Positions 9,395 to 20,372 of a stretch of DNA of 64,000 bases are shown piece by piece. Every line of letters starts with the position of its first letter. Position 1 is the stretch's first letter. Source of the stretch: an uncultured Nitrospiraceae bacterium (GTDB lineage Bacteria; Nitrospirota; Nitrospiria; Nitrospirales; Nitrospiraceae). The DNA is taken from assembly GCA_963846575.1 (NCBI GenBank), contig CAWJWJ010000002.1, positions 2,752,001-2,816,000 on the forward strand. The letters are read 5' to 3'. Under the pieces are notes generated by a model that searched no databases, was not told where the DNA came from, and saw nothing but the letters and a program-made list of their open reading frames with translations. A program made the position numbers and the translations under genes.

Positions 9395-10189
9395 TCAGTG
9401 CGACGGCGGAAAGACTTCCTTGAAGAACCCCAGCAGCGCCACCCAGGATTTCTTGTCGGCCTCTGCGTTGTACTCGAGGGCGTCCAAACCCGCTTTACCC
9501 GCGTTGGGATTCGTAAAACCATGTTTGGCGTTCAGTAAGGTCACCACCTGGAACTTGGCGTCGGCCGCTTTCATTTCCTGCGTAAACGCTTTCACCTGCT
9601 CCGCCGGAACAAATGGATCGACCGCGCCGGTGAGTACCAGGATGTTCGCCTTGACCTTTCCCCGTTCCGCCGGCGTGTTCGTGCCCAGCATGCCGTGAAA
9701 GCTCACGACGCCATCCAGATCGGCCCCCGCACGCGCCTGCTCCAGGACCACGGCGCCACCGAAGCAATAGCCGATGGCGGCAATCCGTTCCGCATCCACA
9801 TGCGGATCCTGCTTCAGTTGCTCTAACGCCGCGCGAAACCGTGCCGTCATCACGGCCGGCTCCTTTTGAGCTTCGGTCATAAAGGCCTGAGCCTCTTCCG
9901 GATGAGTCGTCACTTTGCCCTTCCCGAACATATCCAGCGCAAAGCCGACGTACCCGGAGGCCGCGAGCCGTTTCGCTTGATCCCGCGCATGTTCGTTATG
10001 CCCCCACCATTCATGGACGACCAGGACACCGGGACGGCGGCCGGTCACGGCGTCGTCCCAGGCCATGAACCCCTGCAGCACCGTCTCGCCCTGCTTGTAT
10101 TCGATCTCACGTGTCCGAACTTCAGCATTCGCAGCCGACGCGAACCAGCACCAGGCCGACAACACCATTACGATGCGCAACATGTACAT
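9395..10189 (-). CDS. dienelactone hydrolase family protein, exported
   Basis: PGVLVVHEWWG, IGYCFGG nucleophile elbow and HGFTNP. Has a signal peptide and GGAGG RBS before ATG 10189. Confidence 0.92.
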   Translation of the reverse strand: MYMLRIVMVLSAWCWFASAANAEVRTREIEYKQGETVLQGFMAWDDAVTGRRPGVLVVHEWWGHNEHARDQAKRLAASGYVGFALDMFGKGKVTTHPEEAQAFMTEAQKEPAVMTARFRAALEQLKQDPHVDAERIAAIGYCFGGAVVLEQARAGADLDGVVSFHGMLGTNTPAERGKVKANILVLTGAVDPFVPAEQVKAFTQEMKAADAKFQVVTLLNAKHGFTNPNAGKAGLDALEYNAEADKKSWVALLGFFKEVFPPSH

Positions 10190-10401
10190 ATACGTGCCTC
10201 CATAGTCCGTCATGACGTGAACGGGATTGACTAGTATATTGCCAGGGACGACCGGGAACCAAGCTCTGCGTCCGACGGTTTCACCGGCAGCTAACAAATA
10301 CACCATGTCACCCCGCTACTTCACGTATGATGATGGGACGACGGCCAGGGAACGGCCCATAGGCCGGGAACGGGTTTCCATGAGAAAGGACGGGACGCAC
10401 T

Positions 10402-11199
10402 GTGGGTAATGGGAGTCGCTTTCTATCTTGCTGCATCAATGTCCGCGTGCTTGCAATCGCAGGCTTGCTGATGCTCTCGACCGGTGCTGGCGTCGCTGGG
10501 GCCTGGGAAGGCGCTCCTGACAGCCGCTTCTCGCTGGAGGTTGAGTCAGGTGCCATCTGGCAATCCCGTAATCAGATTCAGATTCCCGATAGCGCGGACG
10601 GCACGCGGTTTGCCTTAACCGACCTTCAAGGTCACGGCCCGGCGGTCCATCGCCGGGTCGAATTGACGTGGAATCTGAACCACCGCCACTCCCTTCGATT
10701 TGTCTATGCACCGATCGGATTTTCAGGCAGCGGCACCTTCAGCACGCCGGTCCGCTTTGCCGGAGGAACCTTTACGCCGGGCAGCGCGGTGGATTCAGAC
10801 TATAAATTCGACTCGTACCGGTTGAGCTATCGCTATCTGATCCATGAGTCCGAGCGATGGCGCTGGCGAATCGGGGCCACGGCTTTCATTCGCGATGCCA
10901 AAGTAGAGTTGCGCCAGGCAGGACGGGTCGCCACAGACAGCAACGTCGGCTTCGTGCCGCTCTTGAGTGCCGCGCTCGAATATGCCATTGCGCCGCGCTG
11001 GACGGCCTTGATCGATTTCGACGGACTGGTCAGCACCCAGGGACGCGCCATCGACGCCGCCGCTAAAATCCGGTACGACCTCAGCGATGCCTGGTACCTG
11101 TCAGCCGGCTACCGGGTCTTCGAGGGAGGGGTAGATAATGACACGTACGCATTCGGCTGGTACAACTTTGCGCTGCTGTCACTGGGGGTCCGGTTCTAG
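10402..11199 (+). CDS. outer-membrane beta-barrel protein
   Basis: Signal peptide, amphipathic beta-strands and C-terminal Phe (LGVRF). Confidence 0.75.
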   Translation: MGNGSRFLSCCINVRVLAIAGLLMLSTGAGVAGAWEGAPDSRFSLEVESGAIWQSRNQIQIPDSADGTRFALTDLQGHGPAVHRRVELTWNLNHRHSLRFVYAPIGFSGSGTFSTPVRFAGGTFTPGSAVDSDYKFDSYRLSYRYLIHESERWRWRIGATAFIRDAKVELRQAGRVATDSNVGFVPLLSAALEYAIAPRWTALIDFDGLVSTQGRAIDAAAKIRYDLSDAWYLSAGYRVFEGGVDNDTYAFGWYNFALLSLGVRF

Positions 11200-11552
11200 C
11201 CAATCGATCGCAGCGCCTCGCCGTCTGACTCACGCACTCTCCGCAGGCATTTCGAGCACTCTCATCGCACAGTCTCCTCTCGGCAGATCTTTCAGCATCA
11301 AATGCCCTGAGAGGCTTCGCAGATCCGGCTGGCTGTGGCATGGTCCACCGCCGTCATGGTGCGCCGGTCCGATCAAGAGAGGCTCGTGTCTTGACACAGC
11401 GTCCACGCACTCTGCGCGAAACTTTTGCTTGCCGGGGCTCTGCGGTAGCAGGCATCCGGCTGCCCGCCGGCAGAGGGGAGTAGGTTCTACGGACGGAAGG
11501 CTTTACAATCAGGCGTCGATGTCTGCCGAGCCGCCATCCTGACAACAGGAGC

Positions 11553-13265
11553 GTGACCATGGGCACAGCAGTCGTGATCCGGATCTTGATCGGTTTCCTC
11601 GTCTTCGCCTTGCACTCTCCCGTCCCCGGCAGGGCTGCGCAGGACGACGCTCCGCAATCCGAGGAGGGGTTGTTTTATGAGGTCGCGTCGCTCAACGAAG
11701 GGTTGCCTCCGCTCGAGCCTCCCCCCGACCTGACGACCCCGCGTGCCGCGCTCGTGAACATGATCCGCGCCTCCCATGACGGGGACTTCGAACGCGGGGC
11801 CCGCTCACTGAATTTTCAGGCCATTCCCGCGCAGCAACGCGCACCGGCCACGTTGGCCAAGCACTTCTACTATGTCATCACTCAGCGGGTTCAGGTCGAT
11901 CTCAAGAAGGTCCCGGACCGGCCGAACGGCGCGTTCGACGACGCGTCCAACGGGTCGGATTCCCCGGCCCCGTTCGATCGACCACGACGCAGCCTGAAGA
12001 TCGGTGAAGTCCCCTTGGCACTGGGAACCGTGGAGATCCGGCTGGAGCGCTTCAAGCCGTCGAAGGGAGAGCCGGTCTGGCTCTTTTCTCCCCGAACGGT
12101 CGAGAAGATCGCGGACATGTACGCCTTCCACGGACCAGGCCCGCTGTTCAATTACCTGCCCTTTCAGGCCAGGCAAGGCCTTCTGACCGATTCTTCGGCC
12201 TGGCAGTGGCTGGTCCTGATGGCGCTCGCAGGCCTGTCTACCGCCGCGGGATGGATCGGCACGCTACTGATCCGTGTGCCGTTGCCGCGCCTGACGACCG
12301 GCAAGGTCCTGGTCGCGGCCGCGAGGATGGCGGCGCCCCTCGGCCTGCTGATCGGGCTCCTGACGTTTCACGGGATGACCTACCGGCTCCTGGCTCCGCC
12401 CGGCACCGTCGTGCACGGGCTCTACGTGCTCCTCTCCATGCTGTTCGTCGCCGCCCTGACGTGGATGGGCGTCCGCCTGATCGAGGTGGTCTCAGCACTC
12501 GCTACCCGGCGATACCATGACCAGGCCGGCGCCCTGGAGGAAGAGGAGGCCCGCGTTCGTTTCACCAGGATCGCGGTCGGCCGGTACCTGCTGATCTTTC
12601 TCGCGATGTGCCTTGGGCTGGGATTGACCTTCTATCAACTTCATGTGATCAACAATCTTTCGCTGTCGTTTCTCGCGTCCGCCGGCGTGGCCAGCGTCCT
12701 GCTCGGGGCCACCGCCCACACGGTCCTGGGCAACATGCTCGCCGGACTCCAGATCGCACTGACCCGGCCCGTCTCCATCGGCGACAGCATTACATTCGAA
12801 GGCCATTGGGGCTGCGTCGAGGAAATCACCTATGGATATGTCGCCATCCACACCTGGGATGACCGGCGGGTGATCGTGCCGCTCAACTATTTCATTTCCC
12901 ATCCCTTCGAGAACTGGTCGAAATCCGGCACCAGGATCATCAAGCCGATTTTCCTGTATGCGGACTACCATGTCGACGTCGACGCGATGCGGAAAACGTT
13001 TCGCGACCTCCTGGACCGGTCCGATAAATGGGACCGGTCGTTCGAGCCGGTGTTCCAGGTCACGGGGATGTCCGAAAAGACGGTGGAACTCCGGGCGCTC
13101 TGCAGCGCCAAGGATGCAGGGGCTGCCTGGGACCTGCACTGCGAGTTGCGGGAGGGGCTCGTCGCCTTCTTGCAGAGGTGGGAGGGCGGCCGTTATCTGC
13201 CCAAACAACGCCTGGAGTTGTCCGGTCAGGGCGGCGACCAGAGTCCGCCTGCTCCGGGCGCATAA
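11553..13265 (+). CDS. MscS-family mechanosensitive channel with periplasmic N-terminal domain
   Basis: LASAGVASVLLG..LGNMLAGLQIALTRPVSIGD..GCVEEIT..IVPL..FENWS, with TM helices upstream. Confidence 0.92.
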   Translation: MTMGTAVVIRILIGFLVFALHSPVPGRAAQDDAPQSEEGLFYEVASLNEGLPPLEPPPDLTTPRAALVNMIRASHDGDFERGARSLNFQAIPAQQRAPATLAKHFYYVITQRVQVDLKKVPDRPNGAFDDASNGSDSPAPFDRPRRSLKIGEVPLALGTVEIRLERFKPSKGEPVWLFSPRTVEKIADMYAFHGPGPLFNYLPFQARQGLLTDSSAWQWLVLMALAGLSTAAGWIGTLLIRVPLPRLTTGKVLVAAARMAAPLGLLIGLLTFHGMTYRLLAPPGTVVHGLYVLLSMLFVAALTWMGVRLIEVVSALATRRYHDQAGALEEEEARVRFTRIAVGRYLLIFLAMCLGLGLTFYQLHVINNLSLSFLASAGVASVLLGATAHTVLGNMLAGLQIALTRPVSIGDSITFEGHWGCVEEITYGYVAIHTWDDRRVIVPLNYFISHPFENWSKSGTRIIKPIFLYADYHVDVDAMRKTFRDLLDRSDKWDRSFEPVFQVTGMSEKTVELRALCSAKDAGAAWDLHCELREGLVAFLQRWEGGRYLPKQRLELSGQGGDQSPPAPGA

Positions 13266-13866
13266 GGTCATCCCCGCGGCCATTCGTCTGGACCCACCAG
13301 CTCCAGCTCGCGCTCTTTTTCTCCGCCATGCGGCACTGCCCGACGAGCTCCTCAGGGCGGTGGCACGATGATCTACCTCGAACTGGTGCTGATCGACGGC
13401 AGGATCGAGGGCCTGATTTCAGCACCCTCCTCAAACGGGATGTCGCCCGCCTGAAACCCGAACACCTGGTCGTCACGGTGCCCGGCCACCACCGGGGTCT
13501 CACCGCATTGAAGCAAGCCGCCGCCGAGGTATGCGAGCGGTTTGTCGACGACCCCCCGCAAGGCCCTCAACTTCGGACGTCCAATGGATGGAGAAACGGC
13601 CAGACAGGATGGTGGCCATCCGTCACCGCGCGGAGCTCCTGCGCCGACGAAGGACTTCCCCGGCGCGATAACCCGGCGCGCGCTGCCTGGCACGGCAGGA
13701 AGAGAACAGCACGAGCGACCGGTCTCAGCCCCGACCGCAGGCATCCTCTTCCCGCTGCCAAGAGACCCGGACGGTTGATCCGGGCGGATGCCCGGCTCTT
13801 CCCCGGTAGCTACGTCCTCAGGGTGTACGTAAACCGGTGCCCCGGCTCCATCCGGCCGTTCGCGAA

Positions 13867-14724
13867 TCAGTAGAGGACCGACGGAAGAAATGCCCCGGCC
13901 GGTTTCTGATAGAGCCCCATGGTCATGAGCGTCATCGGCTGCACGATACGCAGCCCCTGCGCAAGGCACCAGCGAAACAGATCTGCGTTACGCGTCGGCA
14001 GCAGGAATCCCGGCCCCCCAAACGCCGCTGCCGCGCCAATCAGCGCCTTGAGCTCCTTGTTCGTCTGCCCCACCGCGTGGGCGAAGAAACCGATATCCGT
14101 GGCATACCCGGTCACCGCCCCGTCATGCTCCACGACGCGCGCGGTGCCCTGCGCGATCGCATCGGCGACCTCCTGACGACGATCATGCCCGTGCACGCTG
14201 AGACACAGCCGGTTGCAGGCGTCCAGATCGTGGGGCGTCGCCACTCGCACCGCGTAACCTGGTATCTCGATGTTCAAGGCCGTCCCCTGCAGACAGGACA
14301 GCGGTTCGCGCGCATCGAATCCGAGTTTGCTGTACAGGGACATCGACCGGTTATGGTACGCCACTTGGGCCAGTCTAACCCCGAGGAACCGTTTCGTCCG
14401 CGCCCGCTCCACAACCACCTCCATCATTCTGCGTCCGATGGAGCCGTTCTGTTCGGTCGGCAGCACGCTGATCGGGCCGATCCCTGCGATCGTGTCTCCC
14501 TCCCAGAGGAAGTTGCTCCCCACCACGCGGCCCTGGCGCTCGGCCACGACCGAATAGACGTCCTGGCGCGAGAGCACCATCGTCAGGAGGCCGACGGCCA
14601 CCTCGACCGAAGGGAAATCCGGCGGAAAGTTGTGCTGGCCGGCAATAGCCTTGAATGCTTCATAACAGACGGCACCACAAGCCTTGGCATCGTCGACCGT
14701 GCCCGAGCGGTATGTCACGTCCAT
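13867..14724 (-). CDS. GNAT-family N-acetyltransferase
   Basis: GIGPISVLPTEQNGSIGRRMM (acetyl-CoA motif A) and SLYSKLGF. Confidence 0.88.
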   Translation of the reverse strand: MDVTYRSGTVDDAKACGAVCYEAFKAIAGQHNFPPDFPSVEVAVGLLTMVLSRQDVYSVVAERQGRVVGSNFLWEGDTIAGIGPISVLPTEQNGSIGRRMMEVVVERARTKRFLGVRLAQVAYHNRSMSLYSKLGFDAREPLSCLQGTALNIEIPGYAVRVATPHDLDACNRLCLSVHGHDRRQEVADAIAQGTARVVEHDGAVTGYATDIGFFAHAVGQTNKELKALIGAAAAFGGPGFLLPTRNADLFRWCLAQGLRIVQPMTLMTMGLYQKPAGAFLPSVLY

Positions 14725-15007
14725 GACGGTTGGTCCTCCAGGTGAAGGGAAAAAGCAGGAGGCTAAATTACTGCGGTCGCAGCGACGGAGTCAACGAGAA
14801 GAGGTGCCGGACCCGTGCGGGTCGCACAGGGCTCTGGTCAACAGCCGGCAGCGGCCGTTCCACTCAGGCAAATGAACTGAATCGTACCGTGATCGAAGGA
14901 AGGTAGGGATGCAGTGAGGCCCGGTCATCGCGACGGATGGCCCGGGCCCAGGGAATGGGCTTAGGAGCGCTATAGTCGGTTGGCCGAACCGGTTGCGGGA
15001 ATCAAGG

Positions 15008-15493
15008 CTACTCGATCACCCAGATGGCGAGGCCCTTGGCATCACGCAGGAGCTGGTCGGTCACCCCGCCGCCGAACATCCGTTTGATCCGTGACGTCCC
15101 GTGGCGTCCAAGGACTATAGTGTCGGAGCCACCGGCCTTCGCCGTCTCCAGGATGTTGCGTGCGATGTCGTCCTCATGGCCGAACTTCAATGCGACCCGG
15201 CTCTCATCGAAACCGTATCGTCTCAGGGTCTCGAAGGCCGTATTCAGGACCCGGCATTCGGCTTCCCGCTCCTTCTCGATCCAGGTGTCCTGCTCCCTGC
15301 GCAACTCCTCCCCCAGGAGGGCCTCGGCGGCGGGATTCTCCGAGCCGCCGTGCTCCAGCAACTCACGGGGCATGGGCTTCAACACGTGAAAGAGCGTGAT
15401 GGCGATATCAGGCGTTCGGCTGAGCAGCGAGCCGACATATTCGACGGCGCGCTGAGAATTCTCGGACTCGTCGACCGCCAGCAGCATACGCAT
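15008..15493 (-). CDS. universal stress protein (UspA family)
   Basis: LLAVDESENSQRAVEY..LFHV..IVLGRHG....GGVTDQLLR. Confidence 0.92.
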   Translation of the reverse strand: MRMLLAVDESENSQRAVEYVGSLLSRTPDIAITLFHVLKPMPRELLEHGGSENPAAEALLGEELRREQDTWIEKEREAECRVLNTAFETLRRYGFDESRVALKFGHEDDIARNILETAKAGGSDTIVLGRHGTSRIKRMFGGGVTDQLLRDAKGLAIWVIE

Positions 15494-15515
15494 AAGAACC
15501 TCCCCCCTGTCCCCC

Positions 15516-15740
15516 TTATCTCACGCCGCAGGCTGTGGGATCGGCCACGTCGCGTGAAGGAAGCACACGATCGAGCACGTAGTATAACGGGCAAAAGCCA
15601 GTGGCCCCGCTTTGGATCAATGTGACGCCGAGCAACACCGGCAACAGAAGCCAGGCGGCGCTGACATAGTGGCCCAACAATACGCCGGCCGTCACCAGAA
15701 GTCCGACGATCGCATCGTGGATACGCCGTTTTTGATTCAT
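15516..15740 (-). CDS. DUF2892/YgaP-like small membrane protein
   Basis: Two TM helices followed by QSG.TGFCPLY. Confidence 0.8.
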   Translation of the reverse strand: MNQKRRIHDAIVGLLVTAGVLLGHYVSAAWLLLPVLLGVTLIQSGATGFCPLYYVLDRVLPSRDVADPTACGVR

Positions 15741-15795
15741 CAGGAGACCTCCTTCGTATAAACGGCCGCGAAGCCCCCGCTGCCGGGCCGTTGCA

Positions 15796-16194
15796 TCATG
15801 AGGGCATCAGCATGACATGCACGTCCCGCTCGCGCGGACCATCCAACTCGACCAGCATCACGGATTGCCAGGTCCCGAGCATCAGTTTGCCCCCGGCCAC
15901 CGGAATGGTCAAGGACGGTCCCAGGATCGATGAGGCCATGTGGGACCAGGCATGCGACGGATCGTGGGCATGCCGGAATTCGATGCGCGGGATCATCTCC
16001 TCCATGATCTGGAGAAAATCCTGTTCGGTGCCCTCCCCGATTTCGCCTGTCGTCACGGCAGCGGTCGTGTGGGTGACGAAGACCACACAGATCCCTTCCT
16101 GCATCTCGGCCTTGCGGATGAGGGCCTCGAGGCGATCGGTCAGGTCCACGACCTGCTTCAACTTGCCGGTGCTGACAGACAGAACGTCGCGCAT
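15796..16194 (-). CDS. YjbQ family (secondary thiamine-phosphate synthase-like) protein
   Basis: VFVTHTTAAV..H..SH..SSILGPS..LGTWQSVMLVELDGPRER. Start moved to ATG 16194. Confidence 0.9.
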   Translation of the reverse strand: MRDVLSVSTGKLKQVVDLTDRLEALIRKAEMQEGICVVFVTHTTAAVTTGEIGEGTEQDFLQIMEEMIPRIEFRHAHDPSHAWSHMASSILGPSLTIPVAGGKLMLGTWQSVMLVELDGPRERDVHVMLMPS

Positions 16195-16207
16195 GTTTCC
16201 ACGCGGA

Positions 16208-16597
16208 CTAGGCGGCCTTGCGGGCCGCGTCCACGCTCCAGATGCCGGATCCCTGACTCGCAATGTAGAGAAAGACAAAACAATAGAGGGCGGCGAGTTC
16301 GCCCTGGTTCTGAATCGGCAACAGGGCTTGCGTGCCATGGACCATCCAGTAGGCAAATGCCATCAGCCCGCTTGAGAGAAAGGCCGCCCAGCCGGCCATC
16401 AGTCCTATCATGACGAGGAACCCGCCCACCAGTTCGATGGGGCCTGCGATGAACACCACGAAGGCCGGGAGCTCCATCGGGGGCGGCATCGGCAGGTTGA
16501 ACAATTTCTGCGTGCCATGCCAGAGAAAGAGAAACCCCGTCACGATGCGCATCAAGGCGTAGGTCTGTGGAGCATAACCGCGCATGAATGATGGCAT
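16208..16597 (-). CDS. DoxX family membrane protein
   Basis: LMRIVTGFLFLWHGTQKLF..IELVGG..MAFAY..H..NQGELAALY..GSG.WSVD. GGAGG RBS before ATG 16597. Confidence 0.9.
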   Translation of the reverse strand: MPSFMRGYAPQTYALMRIVTGFLFLWHGTQKLFNLPMPPPMELPAFVVFIAGPIELVGGFLVMIGLMAGWAAFLSSGLMAFAYWMVHGTQALLPIQNQGELAALYCFVFLYIASQGSGIWSVDAARKAA

Positions 16598-16885
16598 CGC
16601 GTCCTCCCGGGGTGTGTGGTGAATGGCCGACGTGGCAGTGCGGGGAATTGAACACAATTACCGTAGCCAGATGGGCACACCCTGTCAACGAGAGAATCCC
16701 CTAGTCCCGTCTGTGAGCTGCCATGACCGCTGTTCGTCGAGCCGGGACCGGTAGGCCGCTCACGCTCAGTCCGGCCGTTTGACATGACCCCGAATACTTG
16801 CCTAAGGTCCCGATCAGGTCAAACCCAAAACGGTCACCGGCGCTGACAGCCGGATGGCCCGATACCCTGTGCACCGGGAGACAGG

Positions 16886-17428
16886 ATGTTTTTTCAAGAT
16901 GGAGCGACACTCCTCCGCATGCTCGTCATCGGGAGCCTCGCCTATGTCGCGCTGGTTCTCCTGTTGCGAATTGCCGGCAAACGGACCCTGTCGAAATGGA
17001 ATGCGTTCGACCTGGTCGTGACGGTCGCATTCGGCTCCACGCTGGCCACCATCCTCCTTTCGAAGGATACGTCGCTCGCACAAGGCGCACTCGCCTTCTG
17101 CCTGCTCATAACATTGCAGTGGAGCATCACGTGGTTGTCCGTACGGTTCGACAGGGTGGAACGCCTGGTGAAAGCGCAGCCGCGGCTGTTGCTGTTCCAG
17201 GGGCAATGGCAGCAGGCCGCCATGCGGCATGAACGGGTGACGGAAAAAGAAGTTCGTGCGGCCATCCGCGCGAATGGCCACACGACCGTCGAAGATGTCC
17301 ATGCCGTCGTCCTGGAGACCGACGGCAGTTTCAGCGTCATGCACCATCCCGGCGCTTCATCGTCGGCCCTCATCGACGTCCTGGGGTATCCTCCCGGGGA
17401 TTTTCAGCCGCCTGGACGGAGACAGTAA
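16886..17428 (+). CDS. DUF421/YetF family membrane protein
   Basis: LLLRIAGKRTLSKWNAFDLVVTVAFGS..VVLETDGSFSV. Confidence 0.9.
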   Translation: MFFQDGATLLRMLVIGSLAYVALVLLLRIAGKRTLSKWNAFDLVVTVAFGSTLATILLSKDTSLAQGALAFCLLITLQWSITWLSVRFDRVERLVKAQPRLLLFQGQWQQAAMRHERVTEKEVRAAIRANGHTTVEDVHAVVLETDGSFSVMHHPGASSSALIDVLGYPPGDFQPPGRRQ

Positions 17429-17474
17429 CGAACCCGTCTCCTCGCCCGCACTGTTTGCGGGCTGGTCCGTCGAG

Positions 17475-18497
17475 CTACTTTGAGGACACGAGCACCTGCT
17501 CCAGCGCGCCCGGCAGGGCCTGCAGTTCGGTCCGGGCAAAACCCGCGGCGCGGAACATCTGCTCAAATTCCTTGAAGGTGTAGGCGTCCCCTTCCGGAGT
17601 GGTCGCGAGCATGATCAAGCTGAACTCAGCCACCATGGGAGGCGTGACACGGTCCTCGTTCGGCACGAATTCCAGCGTGATGACCCGACCACCGGCGGTG
17701 AGGCTCCGATGGACCTTACGAAGCAGGGTCTCACATGTGGCGGCGGAGAAATGGTGGAGGAAATTCGTGAGGAGAACGACGTCATACCCGGTCCCGAAGT
17801 CCTGCTGGAACGCGTCGCCGGCGATGGTCCGATAGCGCTGCTGAACGCCCGCCTGGCGGGCCAGGCCTTCCGCAACCGCCAGCACGTTGGGCCAGTCCAG
17901 CGCCACGATCTCGGCCGAGGGGCACCGTTTGGCGATCTCGATCCCGAACAACCCGTGCCCCGCCGCAATATCCAATACCTTCTTCACACCGGGCTCGATT
18001 CGGCTCACCATTTGAGCGATTCCCTCGGCCGGCTTGGCCATCATGGGCATCATGGCCTTGGCAAACTCCACCCACAGCGGATGGTCAGGCGTCACGGTGC
18101 CGGCCCCTTCCAGCACGGTGCCCCCCTTCCGGACCGTTTCGGTCATGTTCCGAAAGGCCTCGGTAAATTGTGGAGCGAGAAGGAACCCGAGGAGAGATCC
18201 CATATAGGCCGGAGAGCGCCGGTCGAGGAATAGGCCGGAATCCTGCGTAAGTTTGTACCCGGGACCCTCCTTGGTCAGGAAACCTTGAATGGTGAGATAG
18301 TCCGCCAGAATCCTGACTCCCCGTTCCGCCGCACCGCAGCGTTGCGCGAGCGCCGCCACCTGCTCCTTTCCTTCAGCGATCGCCGTAAACAGATCCAGTT
18401 CAACGGCGGCCTTGAGGGCCTCCGTTCGTTGAAAGGCGTTGGCGGTCTGAAAAAACAATTGCGGGGTGGGCGTTCCGGGCTGATCCGTCTGCGGCAT
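17475..18497 (-). CDS. SAM-dependent O-methyltransferase (dimerisation plus catalytic domains)
   Basis: ALKAAVELDLF winged helix, VLDIAAGHG motif I and GDAF..YDVVLL.NFLHHF. Start moved to ATG 18497. Confidence 0.9.
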   Translation of the reverse strand: MPQTDQPGTPTPQLFFQTANAFQRTEALKAAVELDLFTAIAEGKEQVAALAQRCGAAERGVRILADYLTIQGFLTKEGPGYKLTQDSGLFLDRRSPAYMGSLLGFLLAPQFTEAFRNMTETVRKGGTVLEGAGTVTPDHPLWVEFAKAMMPMMAKPAEGIAQMVSRIEPGVKKVLDIAAGHGLFGIEIAKRCPSAEIVALDWPNVLAVAEGLARQAGVQQRYRTIAGDAFQQDFGTGYDVVLLTNFLHHFSAATCETLLRKVHRSLTAGGRVITLEFVPNEDRVTPPMVAEFSLIMLATTPEGDAYTFKEFEQMFRAAGFARTELQALPGALEQVLVSSK

Positions 18498-19124
18498 ATT
18501 TGAGCCTCCTCGATGTCGTCGGAAGTTAGGGAACTGATCCACGCTACTGCGGCTGGAAAGCGGAGTCAACATTCACTCCAAGGAGGCGGCGGTGTCCTCT
18601 CTCATCCTTCCCAACGTTGAAACGAGTGCTCCGGAGATCCATCGCCGGGAGGCGTTGAGGGAACCCTGCGCCGTCGTCTCCTCCCGGGCAGGGCCGGCTG
18701 CAGTGGCTTCCAGTCTGGACCGCAGCATCTTCGTTCACTCGCGCGATGAGGGGCATTGCAAGACAGGGCCATGGGAGACTCACAGCACCTTGCGTCCTGT
18801 ACTATGGAGATTCCGAGTTTTCCCGGACATACACACTGGCGCAGTATGTAGAGAGTAGCCAATGGTGTCGGAGGCCCCACGTGATTCACAGTGTCTGAAA
18901 CTCTGCTGACTCTCCCGACAACGCGCGACGCCCACGAGGCAGATCGCTCCGATCGATTCCAAGCGCGTGGTACAACGAGAGAGGCTGAGTGAGCCCCGAT
19001 CCCTGTTGGCGCAAGTCCGGTGATAGGCTGCTGAGACCACGTATGGTTGACTCAATCGAGGGCGAAGTGACGTCGCAGGCACCATCTGTTCCCCCTGTGA
19101 CACCTCGAGTCGGAAAGGAGCGCC

Positions 19125-20003
19125 TTGCAACGTTTTTTTCACCTGATACCGGTCCTCATGCTCTTGGTGACATCCTCCTGCACGCAAGTGGCCTTCACGG
19201 CGGTCAACCTTCCATCGCGCTTCGACGATATGGTGGTTGTGCAGGATGTGGCGTATGGACCTGAGCCGTTGCAAAAACTCGATATCTATATGCCTGCCGG
19301 TGCAAGGGACCAGCCATTCGATGTGATCGTGTTCCTGTATGGCGGGCGATGGACCAGTGGAACCAAGCAGGATTACCGGTTTGTCGGGGCTACGTTCACG
19401 GACAGGAATTTTGTGGTCGTCGTCCCCGACTGCCGTAAGTATCCGCAGGTACGCTTTCCTGATTTTGTCGAGGATGGGGCGAAAGCGCTGGCCTGGGTCT
19501 ATGACCACGTTGGCGAATACCATGGAAATCCGGAACGGATTCACATTGCGGGACATTCGTCTGGGGCTCATATCGGGGCACTACTCGCTGCGGATGCCCG
19601 CTATCTTGCACAGGAGGGCAAAAACAGATCGCTGGTGGTGCATGATTTTGCCGGCCTCGCGGGTCCCTATGCATTCACGCCGGATGAGCCCGATCTGAAA
19701 GACATGTTCGGTCCTCCGGGCAACTATCCGAACATGCAGGTCACCACCTTCATTGACGGTCACCAACCGCCGATGCTGCTGTTATATGGCGATGCCGACA
19801 AGACGGTAAAATACTCGAACCTTAAAAAGCTGGAGGAACGCATCAAGGTACAAGGCGGCGTGGTGCAATCGGAGGTGTACCATGGTGTCGGACATATCGG
19901 TCTTGCCGCAGCGATGACGTGGTACAACCCGAACGGGACTCCAGTCGTCCAAGACATGACCAGGTTTTTTAATGGAGATGATTCCCGGGTGGTAGCTGAG
20001 TGA
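19125..20003 (+). CDS. alpha/beta hydrolase (esterase/lipase), probable lipoprotein
   Basis: LDIY.P, VFLYGGRW, GHSSGAH (GxSxG), LLYGDAD and GH. Lipobox-like TSSC. Confidence 0.9.
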   Translation: MQRFFHLIPVLMLLVTSSCTQVAFTAVNLPSRFDDMVVVQDVAYGPEPLQKLDIYMPAGARDQPFDVIVFLYGGRWTSGTKQDYRFVGATFTDRNFVVVVPDCRKYPQVRFPDFVEDGAKALAWVYDHVGEYHGNPERIHIAGHSSGAHIGALLAADARYLAQEGKNRSLVVHDFAGLAGPYAFTPDEPDLKDMFGPPGNYPNMQVTTFIDGHQPPMLLLYGDADKTVKYSNLKKLEERIKVQGGVVQSEVYHGVGHIGLAAAMTWYNPNGTPVVQDMTRFFNGDDSRVVAE

Positions 20004-20372
20004 TAGCGACTCCGGGCGATAACGTGACCACGGTTTGCTCGAGGCTCCGGACGCCGGCCCGGGCCTTCCTTTCACGCCGATAGCCCCCGTCAAATTCATG
20101 ACCGCACCCCAAAAGGGTCGTACACGAGGCCCCGCTGGCACGACGACTCCGCAGGCCTACCGTGAGTGCCTTCCCGTGAAACACTTACCCTAATCTATTT
20201 AAGTGTTAAATCTAGGGTTTTGCCGAGGTCCTGAACGCGAGACGCCGTACTACGCTAACTCACCCTGTAAAGGAACCGACCCTCCCATCACCGCCAGTGG
20301 GAAATCCCTCATCCCGGCGGGACCCTTCCGGAAGTAACACCGACAGCTCCCACAGTACACATACAACAAGGA

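Noticed and set aside
13266..13866. 600-bp gap with protein-like fragments in several frames
   Set aside because: It may be a decayed gene, but I could not assign a family or a consistent frame. BLASTX would be needed.
20135..20155. TGGCAC as a possible sigma54 -24 element
   Set aside because: The GC of the -12 element is not at the required GG-N10-GC spacing.
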